The notes below the pieces were generated by a model that was not told the DNA's origin, searched no databases, and saw nothing but the letters and a program-made list of their open reading frames with translations. From a candidate division TA06 bacterium SM23_40 (GTDB taxonomy: Bacteria; LJUI01; SM1-40), in the NCBI GenBank assembly GCA_001303705.1, contig LJUI01000004.1, forward strand, positions 14,495 through 78,494: a stretch of 64,000 nucleotides of DNA, written 5' to 3'. A program made the position numbers and the translations under genes. Below are positions 1-10,216 of the stretch, piece after piece (position 1 is the stretch's first letter; each line of letters opens with the position of its first letter).

Positions 1-155
1 AGAGAGGGGGCTCGAATCGGAGCCCTCGGTGATTCTCTGTCTCTGTTCTATTGTGCGGCTGCTGTGAGACAGGTTTCTTCTCTCCATTGCCGGGCCTTCA
101 CGGATCTCGATCCCCAACCATCCGGCCGCCGACCGCCACCGGCTCGAGTCGCTGC

Positions 156-2579
156 ATGATTGATGAGCACACCATCAAGGTTCTGGAGTTCAAGAAGATC
201 AGGGAGATGGTGGCGGACCGTGCTGTCTCTGAGTTGGGGCGCGAGGAGGCACGGCGCGTCCGCCCGGGGGCCAACCATGAGGCGGTCGCGCGATCGTTTG
301 AGGAGATCTCCGAACTCAAGGAGAGCATCCTCTCCGGCGACGATCTTCCTCTGACGGGTCTGCGCGACATACGCACCGAACTCGAGAAGGCCCGGATCTC
401 CGGATCAGCCCTCCGTCCGGAGGGACTGGCAGCCGTCGCCTCGATTCTGCGCGCGGCGAGGCTGGCGAAAAAACTGTTCCGGAACGGGGAGAGGTTCGCG
501 CGGCTGTTCGGTCTGACTGAGTCGATAGTAGTACTGCTCGAACTCGAATCGGAGATCGAGCGGTCGATCGACCCGCAGGGGGAGATACTCGATACCGCCA
601 GCAGACGTCTGGGCCGGATCCGGAGCGAGCTTGAGTCGTGTCGCCAGGAGGTCCACGACCGTCTCGCGAAACTGGCCGGCAGCAAGGTGGGCGATGCCCT
701 CCAGGAGAAGATCATCACCATCCGCGACGGCCGATATGTCGTGCCGGTGAAGGGTAGCGAACGCAGCCGCATCAAGGGAATCGTCCACGACGTCTCGGCC
801 AGTGGCGCTACAGTCTTCGTTGAGCCGCTCCCGGTGGTGGAGGGGAATAATCGGCTCCGCCAGCTGGCGTGCGAAGAGGAGGATGAGATCGCCCGCATCC
901 TCGTACAGCTGACATCGCATGTGGGCGAGGCAGCGGATGCGATCGAAGAAGATCTGCAGGTACTCAAGCACCTTGATCTCCGGTACGGCCAGGCGAGACT
1001 ATCGATCGATCTGGACTGCATTGCTCCGGAGATGAACGAAGAGGGGCAGATCGACATCCGCTCAGGGCGTCATCCGCTGCTCCTCGCAAGGCCTGGTGAC
1101 GGCTCAGAGGTTGTACCGCTTGATGTCAGACTCGGAGACGAGGATGCGCTCCTATTGCTTCTCACCGGACCCAACACCGGAGGGAAGACAGTTGCTCTCA
1201 AGACAGTCGGACTCCTCACCCTTATGGCGCAGGCCGGGCTCCATGTTCCCGCGAAGCCGGGTACCCGTCTCGCCCTGTTTCAGAGTATCTACGCAGATAT
1301 CGGAGACGAGCAATCGATCGAGGAGAGTCTCTCTACATTCTCCTCACATCTTCAGCAGATCGTGAAAATCCTCGATGAAGCCGATCAACGTTCGCTCGTG
1401 CTCCTGGACGAGGTCGGAGTCGGAACCGATCCCGTACAGGGGGCGGCGCTGGCGATGGCGGTGATGGAGGAGCTCGTTGAACGTTCGGCGCGGGTAGTCG
1501 CTACTACCCATTACGGATCGCTCAAGGCCTTCGCACACGACCGGCATGGTATGGAAAATGCCGCCATGGAGTTCGATCCGGAGACGCTGCGCCCGACATA
1601 CCGAGTACGCATGGGAGTGCCGGGCTCCTCGAATGCATTCATAATAGCGAGGCGGCTCGGGATGCCGCCGGAGGTCGCAGAGAAGGCTCAGCGGTTCGTC
1701 GATTCCGACGAATTGAGAGTAGATGATCTTCTCGTTCGGCTCGAGCATCGGGTGGCGGAGGCAGAGGAGAGAGAGCAGAGGCTCGGTGAGAAGGAGCGCG
1801 AGCTGGATGAGATGCTTGATCGCTACCGCAAGGAGCTCGGCACCATCGACGAGCGCAGGCGGAATGTCACTGAGCGCGCACGCGAGGAGGCGAGAGATCT
1901 CGTCAGGCAGACGAAGGCGCAGGTTGAGGAGCTGGTCAGGGAGATCAGAGAGTCGGGCGCAGCGAAGGAGGTCGTACAGCGTACGCACCGTGAGCTGAAT
2001 CAGCTCTCGAAGCACATCGAGCCCACGGTGCGCCGCGAGCGTCATCGTCCCCTCGACAAGGTCGCGGTGGGGCAGTCGGTGAGGGTCCGTCCGCTGGACT
2101 CGATTGGCATCGTGCGGACGCCTCCCGATGATCAGGGGAGGGTGGAGGTTGAACTCGGGGGGATGCGTCTCCACGTCTCCCTTGGCGATCTGGGGAGCGT
2201 CAGGCAGGACGAGGGGGCGGAGAGGGATCGCCCCAGGGGCGGCACGAGGGCCGTCCTCGACGCCTCGAAGAAGTATTCGGTCCGGCTCGACCTGCGCGGC
2301 CTCTACATTCATGACATCGCCGACAAGATCGACAAATTCATCGATGATGCCCAGGTTGCGGGGCTCGCTACCCTGCGCATAGTACACGGGAAGGGGACGG
2401 GTGCACTCCGCAAGGAGGTGGAGAGGGTCCTCCGTAACGATGTCCGCGTGAGAGAGTACCATCTCGCGGGCTGGAACGAGGGAGGTACCGGGGTCACAGT
2501 CGTGAGCCTGGCGCGCGACCATGAAGCAGGCGTAGATGAGGGCGGGGCTGATCGGGAACCGACGGCAGACGAGCGATAG
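156..2579 (+). CDS. mutS2: Endonuclease MutS2 (MutS ATPase domain + C-terminal Smr domain). The ORF track starts at 51; the more plausible start is ATG 156 (MIDEHTIKVLEF...).
   Basis: Walker A LLLTGPNTGGKTVALKTVGL. C-terminal Smr-like LDLRGLYIHDIADKIDKFIDDA...LRIVHGKGTGALRKEV. Size ~800 aa. Confidence 0.85.
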   Translation: MIDEHTIKVLEFKKIREMVADRAVSELGREEARRVRPGANHEAVARSFEEISELKESILSGDDLPLTGLRDIRTELEKARISGSALRPEGLAAVASILRAARLAKKLFRNGERFARLFGLTESIVVLLELESEIERSIDPQGEILDTASRRLGRIRSELESCRQEVHDRLAKLAGSKVGDALQEKIITIRDGRYVVPVKGSERSRIKGIVHDVSASGATVFVEPLPVVEGNNRLRQLACEEEDEIARILVQLTSHVGEAADAIEEDLQVLKHLDLRYGQARLSIDLDCIAPEMNEEGQIDIRSGRHPLLLARPGDGSEVVPLDVRLGDEDALLLLLTGPNTGGKTVALKTVGLLTLMAQAGLHVPAKPGTRLALFQSIYADIGDEQSIEESLSTFSSHLQQIVKILDEADQRSLVLLDEVGVGTDPVQGAALAMAVMEELVERSARVVATTHYGSLKAFAHDRHGMENAAMEFDPETLRPTYRVRMGVPGSSNAFIIARRLGMPPEVAEKAQRFVDSDELRVDDLLVRLEHRVAEAEEREQRLGEKERELDEMLDRYRKELGTIDERRRNVTERAREEARDLVRQTKAQVEELVREIRESGAAKEVVQRTHRELNQLSKHIEPTVRRERHRPLDKVAVGQSVRVRPLDSIGIVRTPPDDQGRVEVELGGMRLHVSLGDLGSVRQDEGAERDRPRGGTRAVLDASKKYSVRLDLRGLYIHDIADKIDKFIDDAQVAGLATLRIVHGKGTGALRKEVERVLRNDVRVREYHLAGWNEGGTGVTVVSLARDHEAGVDEGGADREPTADER

Positions 2580-2593
2580 AGGGAATATCCGCC

Positions 2594-4405
2594 ATGGCGA
2601 GGATTGCGGCAGAGATCATCGAGCAGGTGCGTGAGGCGACAGATATCGTCGCTCTCATCTCGGAGTATGTCCCGCTCAAGAAAGCCGGTCGCAGATACCG
2701 AGCACTCTGCCCGTTCCATACGGAGAAGACGCCCTCGTTCTTCGTCGATCCCGAGCGTCAGATGTATCATTGTTTCGGTTGCCGCGCAGGGGGCAACGCG
2801 TTCGGGTTCCTCATGGAACACGAGAAGATGGGCTTCGTTGAAGCGGTCAGGATGCTCGCTCAGCGAGCCGGCATTCCGATACCCGAACGGGGCCGGTCGG
2901 CGGCGAGCGAGCGGTTCGATCCACTCTATGAGGCCAACGCCCTGGCTGTACGGTTCTACCACCGCCTCCTGCTGCGAACCGAGGGAGATGTCGCGAGGCG
3001 CTATCTCTCTCAGCGGGGATTCGTCGACGAGATCCTCGAGACGTTCCAGCTCGGTTACGCGCCCGGGGGATGGGATGGTCTGTTGCGGGAGGCTCGACGC
3101 GCTGGTGTTGCGCCCGAGGTGCTGGAACGGGCGGGTCTCGTCATTGAGTCGGAGAAGGGCGGACACTACGATCGGTTTCGTCATCGCGTTGTCTTTCCTA
3201 TCTTCAGTCTTGCGGGTAGAGTTGTCGGATTCGGAGGACGAGCGCTCGGCGATGATGTGGTGAAGTATGTCAATTCTCCTGAGACACCAATCTATCACAA
3301 GGGGCGTGTGCTGTACGGTCTGTTCCAGGCTAAGGATGAGATACGACACACCGGCCGCGCGTTCGTCGTGGAGGGTTACACCGATCTCCTTCGTCTCGTG
3401 CAGCACGGGATCACTAATGTGGTTGCTACCTCGGGAACTGCACTGACTGCCGACCAGGGACGTCTGTTGGCACGATACGCGGGAGAGGCGGTACTCGTCT
3501 TCGATGGAGACGATGCAGGAGCTGCTGCCGCTCTGCGGGGGAGCGACGAGCTCCTGGCAGCAGGTCTCGAGGTGAGAATTGCCTCAGTGCCGCCAGGGTC
3601 GGATCCGGATGCGTGGGTCGGGGAGGTAGGGAAGGAGGTCTTCCTGAAGCACGTCGCCGGGGCGAGAAGCGCGTTCGATGTAAAGCTCGCGCATGCGGCA
3701 GCGGGACGTCCTCTGACGGATCCTGACACGAAGGTATCGGTGATTAAAGCGATGGCCCCGACGCTCGCGGGTACCGGGGACGAGGTTCAGCGGAAGGTAT
3801 ATGCACATGAGCTGGCGACACGGCTCCGCGTGGATGAATCGAGGATCTGGGAGGCTATGGCGCGTGCCGGTGTCCCGGAAGAGGAGAATCTGGCAGGTGA
3901 GCCGGGGCGGAGCGTCCAGGAGGAGGCCGAGATGCAGTTGCTTGGCCTGGCGCTGGCGGACAGAGATGTGATGGAACAGATCGCTGGTTCTCTCAGAGCG
4001 AGCGATCTCGTACCAGGCCTGCGGCGGAGATTGATCGAGATCCTGCTCGATGCCTGGGAGAAGGGCCAGTGGCTGGATGCGTCGAGACTGCTCGATCGTG
4101 CTGAAGACGAGGAATGGGGCCGAGTCATCAGCGACGCGGTCTTTGCAGCCGAGACGGTGAGCGAGCCGGGGGACGCAGCCTGCAAGTGTGTGGTGGCACT
4201 CAAGCGATTTCAGTTCGAGCGTATGATCAGGGAGGTGAAGAGAAAGATCGATGAGACGGAACAGGACGGAGATGAGCGGCTCCTTGCTGCTTTGCTTAAG
4301 GAGCTCCAGGAGCTGGTGAAACGGAGGAATGTGATCGTTACTGAGGGGGAGCGGGCACTACGTCCACCGAGCGGTGGTTCTCGAGGCAGTGTGAGAGGTG
4401 CTTGA
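2594..4405 (+). CDS. dnaG: DNA primase DnaG
   Basis: Zn-ribbon [49 protein letters not shown]...FDGDDAG. RBS GAGGGA before ATG. Directly upstream of rpoD. Confidence 0.9.
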   Translation: MARIAAEIIEQVREATDIVALISEYVPLKKAGRRYRALCPFHTEKTPSFFVDPERQMYHCFGCRAGGNAFGFLMEHEKMGFVEAVRMLAQRAGIPIPERGRSAASERFDPLYEANALAVRFYHRLLLRTEGDVARRYLSQRGFVDEILETFQLGYAPGGWDGLLREARRAGVAPEVLERAGLVIESEKGGHYDRFRHRVVFPIFSLAGRVVGFGGRALGDDVVKYVNSPETPIYHKGRVLYGLFQAKDEIRHTGRAFVVEGYTDLLRLVQHGITNVVATSGTALTADQGRLLARYAGEAVLVFDGDDAGAAAALRGSDELLAAGLEVRIASVPPGSDPDAWVGEVGKEVFLKHVAGARSAFDVKLAHAAAGRPLTDPDTKVSVIKAMAPTLAGTGDEVQRKVYAHELATRLRVDESRIWEAMARAGVPEEENLAGEPGRSVQEEAEMQLLGLALADRDVMEQIAGSLRASDLVPGLRRRLIEILLDAWEKGQWLDASRLLDRAEDEEWGRVISDAVFAAETVSEPGDAACKCVVALKRFQFERMIREVKRKIDETEQDGDERLLAALLKELQELVKRRNVIVTEGERALRPPSGGSRGSVRGA

Positions 4406-6144
4406 TAGTGGAGAAGAGTTACATCGATCGGCAGACCGAGCGGATCGTCAAGGTGGCCAAAGCTCAGGGGCGAATTACGTACGAGAAGATCAACGAGCTC
4501 CTTCCCGATGACATTGTGAGCGCCGACGCGATCGACAGCCTCATCATCGCCCTGACGGAGATGGGGATCGAGGTGATCGATAAGGGGGAGCCGGAGACAG
4601 CGCGGAGACCTCGCGAGAGGAAACGGCCGACAAAATCGGAATTGGGGATGGTCAAGTTCGACGATCCCGTGCGGATGTACCTTCGCGAGATGGGCCGGGT
4701 ACCATTGTTGGACAGGGACATGGAGGTCGAGATCGCAAAGAGGATCGAGGCCGGCCAGAAGATGATTGCTGCGACTGTTTATCAATCGTCTTTGTCGATC
4801 AAGGAGTTAGCTGCTCTAGGGCAGAAGCTGCGGCGAGGCAAGTTGCCGATTGAGGACTTTGTGCGCATAGATACGAGTGGTTGGTCGAGTCGGTACTCGG
4901 GGTGGAAGGAACGTCAGACGGCCCTGAGGTCCCTCAAGCTCGTGGAGAAATACCGCAACGAGCTCGATGGCATCGAGAGGCGGCTGAAGGGGGAAAAGAA
5001 CGAGAAGCGGAGAGCTGAACTCGTGACGCGGCACCAGCGCGTCTCGCAGAAGATCGTCGAACGACTGGAACGGCTCGGCATCCACCCGAACCAGCTCGAT
5101 CGGCTCGTCGATCGGCTCAAGGCACTTGTCCGGAAAATCGGCGAGAGCGAACGTGAGATCGCTGCTGATGCGAAAAAGCTGAAGGTAGAACCAGCCGTCA
5201 TTCTCCGCACGGCACGGTGCGTGCAGAGGGGGGGGAAGGGGTCACGGCGAGCGCTCTCCGACACGGGCTGCAGCAAGGCGGAGATCCTGGAAGCTGCCAG
5301 GCGCATCCGGAACTGCCAGCGCAAGATCCGGCGCGTGGAGATGGATGCGAGAATGTCTCACCAGGAGATACAGGGGCTCGTGGATACCATCTGCCGCTGC
5401 GAGAGGGCGATCGAGCGGGCGAAGCGTGAGATGATCGAGGCCAACGTCCGTCTCGTCATCAGTATCGCAAAGCGCTACACTAACCGTGGTCTCGAGTTCA
5501 TCGATCTGATCCAGGAGGGAAACAGCGGCCTGATGAAGGCCGTGGAGAAGTTCGATTACCGGAAGGGCTACAAGTTCAGCACCTATGCCACATGGTGGAT
5601 CCGGCAGGCGATAACTCGAGCGATTGCCGATCAGGCGCGGACCATACGTGTCCCTGTTCACATGATCGAGGCGATCAACAAGGTAGTGAGGGCATCGAGG
5701 TCCCTGGTACAGGAGTATGGGCGTGAGCCGACGCCGGATGAGATTGCCGAGCGCCTCGATCTGCCCCTGGAGAAGGTCAAGAGCGTGTTCAAGGTGGCGC
5801 AGGAACCTATATCTCTCGATCGGCCGATAGGGGAGGATGAGGATAGTCACTTCGGCGATTTCATCGAGGACACCGGTATCGTCTCGCCGGCGCAGTCAGC
5901 CGCTCTCCTCATGCTCCAGGAGCGAATGGAGAAGGTGCTGACGACGCTGAGCCGGCGCGAAGAGAAGGTGATTCGGCTCAGGTTCGGGATCGGAGATGGG
6001 TGTCCGCGGACGCTCGAGGAGGTAGGGAGTATCTTCAATGTGACCCGTGAGCGAGTGCGTCAGATCGAGGCGAAGGCGCTGAGGAAGCTACGTCACCCAA
6101 CTCGCTCGAGGAGGCTTAAGGGCTATCTCGATATGTCGCCCTGA
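4402..6144 (+). CDS. rpoD: RNA polymerase sigma-70 factor RpoD (TTG/GTG start overlapping the dnaG stop)
   Basis: Region 2 [77 protein letters not shown]. Region 4 [14 protein letters not shown]...[17 protein letters not shown]. Confidence 0.92.
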   Translation: MIVEKSYIDRQTERIVKVAKAQGRITYEKINELLPDDIVSADAIDSLIIALTEMGIEVIDKGEPETARRPRERKRPTKSELGMVKFDDPVRMYLREMGRVPLLDRDMEVEIAKRIEAGQKMIAATVYQSSLSIKELAALGQKLRRGKLPIEDFVRIDTSGWSSRYSGWKERQTALRSLKLVEKYRNELDGIERRLKGEKNEKRRAELVTRHQRVSQKIVERLERLGIHPNQLDRLVDRLKALVRKIGESEREIAADAKKLKVEPAVILRTARCVQRGGKGSRRALSDTGCSKAEILEAARRIRNCQRKIRRVEMDARMSHQEIQGLVDTICRCERAIERAKREMIEANVRLVISIAKRYTNRGLEFIDLIQEGNSGLMKAVEKFDYRKGYKFSTYATWWIRQAITRAIADQARTIRVPVHMIEAINKVVRASRSLVQEYGREPTPDEIAERLDLPLEKVKSVFKVAQEPISLDRPIGEDEDSHFGDFIEDTGIVSPAQSAALLMLQERMEKVLTTLSRREEKVIRLRFGIGDGCPRTLEEVGSIFNVTRERVRQIEAKALRKLRHPTRSRRLKGYLDMSP

Positions 6145-6174
6145 CGAAGCGCCGGCGGTCGGGTGATGCAACTG

Positions 6175-6203
6175 TTGACATCGTCAGTATGGTCATCCAT
6201 AAT
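6175..6203 (+). promoter_or_regulatory. Sigma70-type promoter TTGACA-N17-CATAAT driving the downstream tRNA
   Basis: TTGACA at 6175-6180, 17-nt spacer, CATAAT at 6198-6203. tRNA 5' end lies 21 nt downstream of the -10 hexamer. Confidence 0.5.
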
Positions 6204-6223
6204 GGCGTCCAGTCGGATCGGGA

Positions 6224-6300
6224 GGGCCCATAGCTCAGTTGGTTAGAGCGGCTGACTCATAATCAGCTGGTCCCAGGTTCGAGTCCTGGTGGGCCCACCA
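6224..6300 (+). tRNA. tRNA with CAT anticodon (elongator Met or, more likely, tRNA-Ile2 lysidine type), 77 nt with encoded CCA
   Basis: Cloverleaf with acceptor GGGCCCA/TGGGCCC and anticodon loop CTCATAA. G1-C72 present, so not an initiator. C4-G69 and C5-G68 pairs resemble TilS determinants. Confidence 0.85.
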
Positions 6301-6347
6301 TTGAATAGAGCGGCTGACCGCCAGTCAGGGGCAGGACGGCCGGTGAT

Positions 6348-6368
6348 GCCCACCTTTCCGGGGTGGGC
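6348..6368 (+). terminator. GC-rich hairpin (GCCCACC-N7-GGTGGGC) 48 nt after the tRNA; possible intrinsic terminator without a clear T-tract
   Basis: Perfect 7-bp inverted repeat read directly. Confidence 0.25.
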
Positions 6369-6427
6369 TCCTCTCTTCCGGGACACCGCCTCACGTCCCG
6401 CACTCCTGTATGCGCCCCACAATTCGC

Positions 6428-6456
6428 TTGACGCGGCATCGGGCGCGGGGTATCCT
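6428..6456 (+). promoter_or_regulatory. Candidate sigma70 promoter TTGACG-N17-TATCCT upstream of the Yip1-like gene
   Basis: Hexamers at 6428-6433 and 6451-6456 with a 17-nt spacer. Confidence 0.3.
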
Positions 6457-6568
6457 GTCATGATTCTCTTTCCCGTGAATCTGTTTTCGTGGAACATTCT
6501 TGAGCGGAGGACGTAAGTTTCAGTAGAGCGGGTTTGTTGGCGCCACAAAGGAGAAGGAGGGTACGCAA

Positions 6569-7315
6569 GTGGCCAACGGACAGAATGAGCAAGCAGAGGC
6601 CGGCCCGTCTATGCCCTGGTACCGCCGTATCATCGCGGTCTTTGCGGCACCCGGCGAGCTCTTCGGACATCTCTCTGACAGGCCGGACTGGATCCTGCCG
6701 ACCATTGTGGGGGTGGTGATCATCCTGCTCATCATGGCTGTGCTGGCTCCCCGAGTTATTCTTCCCATGCAGGAAGAGGCGATGATGGAGCGGCTGAGTT
6801 CCCGGCCCGATGTCAGCCCGGATGAGATTGACGCTATGCGGCAGCGAGTGCGCGGGCCCATCGCGATGGTGTCCACCCTGGCGGGAACGGCGATCATGCA
6901 CCCTGTGGCACTTGTCATCCAGGCGGCTGTCTTCTACTGGGTATTCCTCATCCTGGGAGGAGAACTCACCTATCGCAAGGCACTTTCGGTAGCCGCCTAT
7001 GCTTCTCTCATTGCTGTGCTCGGCGTGGTGCTGAATGCTCCGCTCAGGATCTTGAAGGAGTCGCTTTTCGCAGGGACGAATCTCGGGATCCTCCTGCCGC
7101 CGGAATCCGAAGGGACGTTTTTCCACACGCTGCTCGTCCAGGTGGATCTCTTCACGATCTGGAGGCTGCTCGTCATAGCGGCGGGAATGGCGGCAATCGC
7201 AAAGGTCTCCCAGGCGAAGGCTCGTCTCACAGTGGGGATCCTCTGGGTTGTCTGGATCGTCATCTCTGCAGGGGGATCGATGCTTCCCAGGCTCATGTTT
7301 GGGGCAGCGGGATAG
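6569..7315 (+). CDS. Yip1-domain-like polytopic membrane protein (hypothetical)
   Basis: N-terminal soluble segment, then about 5 hydrophobic helices. Resembles bacterial Yip1/DUF1282 proteins. RBS AAGGAGAAGGAGGG upstream. Confidence 0.5.
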   Translation: MANGQNEQAEAGPSMPWYRRIIAVFAAPGELFGHLSDRPDWILPTIVGVVIILLIMAVLAPRVILPMQEEAMMERLSSRPDVSPDEIDAMRQRVRGPIAMVSTLAGTAIMHPVALVIQAAVFYWVFLILGGELTYRKALSVAAYASLIAVLGVVLNAPLRILKESLFAGTNLGILLPPESEGTFFHTLLVQVDLFTIWRLLVIAAGMAAIAKVSQAKARLTVGILWVVWIVISAGGSMLPRLMFGAAG

Positions 7316-7361
7316 CCGTGTTTGCTGGTTCGTCTGGCTCTCGCTACAGGAGGAGTGATAG

Positions 7362-8828
7362 GTGAGAGGGAAGAAGAAACTGATCATCATCCCGATCGTA
7401 GTTGTACTCGTGGTCGTCATCGTCATCCTCAATATCCGCCGCGAGAAGGGCGGGGTGCGCATTCAGACGGCGAAGGTCACGAATGCGGATATCGTCTCTG
7501 AAGTGAGCGCTCCCGGGAAGGTCGAACCGGTGACGAGGGTGCAGGTGAGCGCCTACGTGATGGGGCGAGTCGTCGAACTGCCCGTGCGTGAGGGCGACTG
7601 GGTGGACGAGGGCGATGTGCTCGTGGAGATCGATCCGGTCAACTACCAGGCTCTCGTAGCGCAGGCCAGGGCCTCGCTGGAGTTGTCTCAGGCCAGATTG
7701 AGGCAGACGGAGCAATCACTGCAGCGGACGCGTGAACTCTTCGCGCGTGATCTCATATCGAAGGAGGAACTGGAGCGAGTCGAAACCGACTGGTCGGTCC
7801 AGAGAGCGCAAGTCGCCCGGGATCAGGCCGCGCTCCACCAGGCGCTCGATCAGCTCAGCAAGACCACGATCCGGTCCCCACTGTCGGGAGTCGTGACTCA
7901 GCTCAACGTGGAACAGGGGGAGGTCGTCGTCACCGGCACGATGAATATGCCCGGCTCGGTGATCATGACAGTTGCCAATCTCTCGGAGATGAAAGTTGAA
8001 GTGGAGGTGGATGAGACTGAGGTTCGAGATATCATGCCCGGCCAGGAGGTGGAGATCGCCGTCGATGCGCTGGGGGATACGAGCCTGATCGGCATCGTCG
8101 AGACTGTCGGTGAGGCAGGTGTGGAGACGATGGTCGGTGGGGAGCCGCAGACGAATTTTGAAGTCTCGACGCTCCTGAATAAGGTGCCACCCAAACTCCG
8201 GCCCGGGATGTCGGCCGTGGCACGGATCAAGACCGCGTCGAGGAAGGATGTGCGCGCCGTTCCGATATCGGCAGTGATTCTGCGCGATTGGGAGCGCGAG
8301 ATTGAGCAGGCCGAGTCGCGGTCCCCGGGGCGGAGATCCGGGGGCAGGGAAGCGACAGAGCAGGAGGAGTCTCCGGGAGAGCAGCAGCGGGAGGAGGGGG
8401 CTCGTGAGCCAGAACAGGAGGGGATAGTCGAGGAGCCGGTACAGGAACAGAGCACCGAGCAGGCGGGAGAGGGAGATGCGCCGAGCGCGGAGGAGCTCGT
8501 GTCTGGGCAAGCAGGTGGTGAGAGCACGGCTGAGACAGCTGAAACAGAGGGGACGGCGGAGGAGACAGAGCCTGACAGCACTGCAGAGGAGAAGGTCGGC
8601 GAGGTTGAGGTCGTATACGTCGTGCAGGACGGCAAGGCCATTGTCAGGCGGGTGGAGACCGGAATCAGAGATGACAATAACATCGAGATCCTCTCCGGAC
8701 TGGAACTCGATGAAGAGGTGGTGACCGGACCATTCCGCGTTCTCAGGACCCTCAAGCACGAGACACGGGTCAAGGTCGACAACTCCCTCGTGAGAGAAAT
8801 GGGTGACAGGGGGGGCCGAAGACAATGA
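7362..8828 (+). CDS. Efflux transporter periplasmic adaptor (HlyD/MacA-type membrane fusion protein) carrying a ~120-aa acidic low-complexity insert
   Basis: N-terminal TM anchor, then GKVEP...V.....GRV.EL.V.EGD.V..GDVL..ID. Coiled-coil hairpin. C-terminal VYVV.DGKA..R.V..G..D...EI.SGL. ATGA overlap with the downstream permease. Confidence 0.8.
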   Translation: MRGKKKLIIIPIVVVLVVVIVILNIRREKGGVRIQTAKVTNADIVSEVSAPGKVEPVTRVQVSAYVMGRVVELPVREGDWVDEGDVLVEIDPVNYQALVAQARASLELSQARLRQTEQSLQRTRELFARDLISKEELERVETDWSVQRAQVARDQAALHQALDQLSKTTIRSPLSGVVTQLNVEQGEVVVTGTMNMPGSVIMTVANLSEMKVEVEVDETEVRDIMPGQEVEIAVDALGDTSLIGIVETVGEAGVETMVGGEPQTNFEVSTLLNKVPPKLRPGMSAVARIKTASRKDVRAVPISAVILRDWEREIEQAESRSPGRRSGGREATEQEESPGEQQREEGAREPEQEGIVEEPVQEQSTEQAGEGDAPSAEELVSGQAGGESTAETAETEGTAEETEPDSTAEEKVGEVEVVYVVQDGKAIVRRVETGIRDDNNIEILSGLELDEEVVTGPFRVLRTLKHETRVKVDNSLVREMGDRGGRRQ

Positions 8829-10066
8829 GATGGCTCGAGTTCATAACGTCCGCGCTCACCGCGCTGCGCACCAACAAGCTGCGCTCAACTCTGACCACGC
8901 TCGGCATCATTATTGGAGTCTTTGCTGTCATCGCAATCATCTCCCTCATCCAGGGGATGAATCGGTTCATCGCCGACCAGATTCAGTCGCTGGGTTCGAA
9001 CATCATCTCTGTCAGCAAGTACCCGTGGGTCAGCCTGGGTGAAGAAGACTGGCGGGAGATCCACAGGCGCAGGCCGCTCACCGTTGAGGATGCTGAGGCG
9101 ATCTCACGTCTTCCGAGCGTTGCCATCGTCGCCCCCAACATCTACAACTGGGGGGGGGAGCAGATCAAATACCGCGATGAGACGGTACGGGATATTCCCG
9201 TGATCGGCGTCACCTCTACGTATCAGGAGGTGAATCTTCACTTCGTCGAGTCCGGCCGGTACATTCAGGAGACCGACAACGAACACCGCCGCCATGTTGT
9301 CGTGCTGGCGCAGGATGTCGTCGATGCGCTTTTTCCGACCAGCGACCCGGTCGGCAAGCGCGTGCGGATTGGCGTACAGGAGTTCTCCGTTGTGGGAGTT
9401 CTGGAGAGGAAGGGTAACTTCCTCGGGCGCAGCCTCGATAACCATATCCTCATCCCGCTCTCCTCGTTCCAGAAGATGTACGGTGCGACAGGACGGAGGG
9501 GCCGGCTCAATTCGGTCACGATCGATGTCCAGCCGAAGAATGCGGCTACGCAGGAGATTGCGATCGATCAGATCACCGAACTCCTCAGGCGCCGCCGCAA
9601 CGTTCCGCTTGACGAGCCGGACGACTTCAGCGTCAATACCCAGAGCGCGCTGACAAGCGTATACCGGGCGATCACCGGCACCGCCTTCGCGGTCATGATC
9701 GGTGTCGCCTCGATCTCGCTGATGGTGGGAGGCATCGGCATCATGAATATCATGCTTGTCTCTGTCACCGAGCGGACTCGCGAGATCGGCATCAGGAAGG
9801 CGGTTGGCGCACGCCGCCACGAGATACTGTGGCAGTTTCTGATAGAGGCAGTCACCCTCAGCTGCTTCGGCGGAGGGATCGGCATCGCTCTTGGATTCAT
9901 TGTAGCGAAACTTGTCGCAACCTTCACATTCATGCACGCTGCGATCTCGCCGTGGGCCGTTCTTCTCGGATTCGGGTTCTCGGCCGCAGTAGGCATCTTC
10001 TTCGGTATCTTCCCCGCCACAAAGGCGGCCAGACTCGATCCGATCGTCGCCCTCCACTACGAGTAG
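8825..10066 (+). CDS. ABC transporter permease, MacB/FtsX family (4 TM helices with a large periplasmic domain); no ATPase is encoded here
   Basis: LRTNKLRSTLTTLGIIIGVFAVIAIISL at the N-terminus. C-terminal FtsX helices with GIMNIMLVSVTERTREIGIRKAVGA motif. Confidence 0.85.
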   Translation: MRWLEFITSALTALRTNKLRSTLTTLGIIIGVFAVIAIISLIQGMNRFIADQIQSLGSNIISVSKYPWVSLGEEDWREIHRRRPLTVEDAEAISRLPSVAIVAPNIYNWGGEQIKYRDETVRDIPVIGVTSTYQEVNLHFVESGRYIQETDNEHRRHVVVLAQDVVDALFPTSDPVGKRVRIGVQEFSVVGVLERKGNFLGRSLDNHILIPLSSFQKMYGATGRRGRLNSVTIDVQPKNAATQEIAIDQITELLRRRRNVPLDEPDDFSVNTQSALTSVYRAITGTAFAVMIGVASISLMVGGIGIMNIMLVSVTERTREIGIRKAVGARRHEILWQFLIEAVTLSCFGGGIGIALGFIVAKLVATFTFMHAAISPWAVLLGFGFSAAVGIFFGIFPATKAARLDPIVALHYE

Positions 10067-10216
10067 ACTTATCCCTCTACGTATCACTATCTCGCCTTTT
10101 CATTCCCCTGGTGTCGATTGACGTTGCAAAACATGTCGGCCTGTGATACGCTCACTCCGCTCCGGAAAGAGATACTGTCCCCTCATGTGGAGATTGAGAG
10201 TTCCGGGAGGAATGAG

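Noticed and set aside
98-1057. Long minus-strand ORFs antisense to mutS2, dnaG and other + strand genes (e.g. 98-1057, 1344-2522, 2309-3406, 6458-7462, 7716-8825, 10379-11317, 22052-23446, 39174-40058)
   Set aside because: Their translations are Arg/Ser/Pro/Ala-rich low-complexity sequence typical of the antisense frame of GC-rich genes. Each fully overlaps a + strand gene with clear family motifs.
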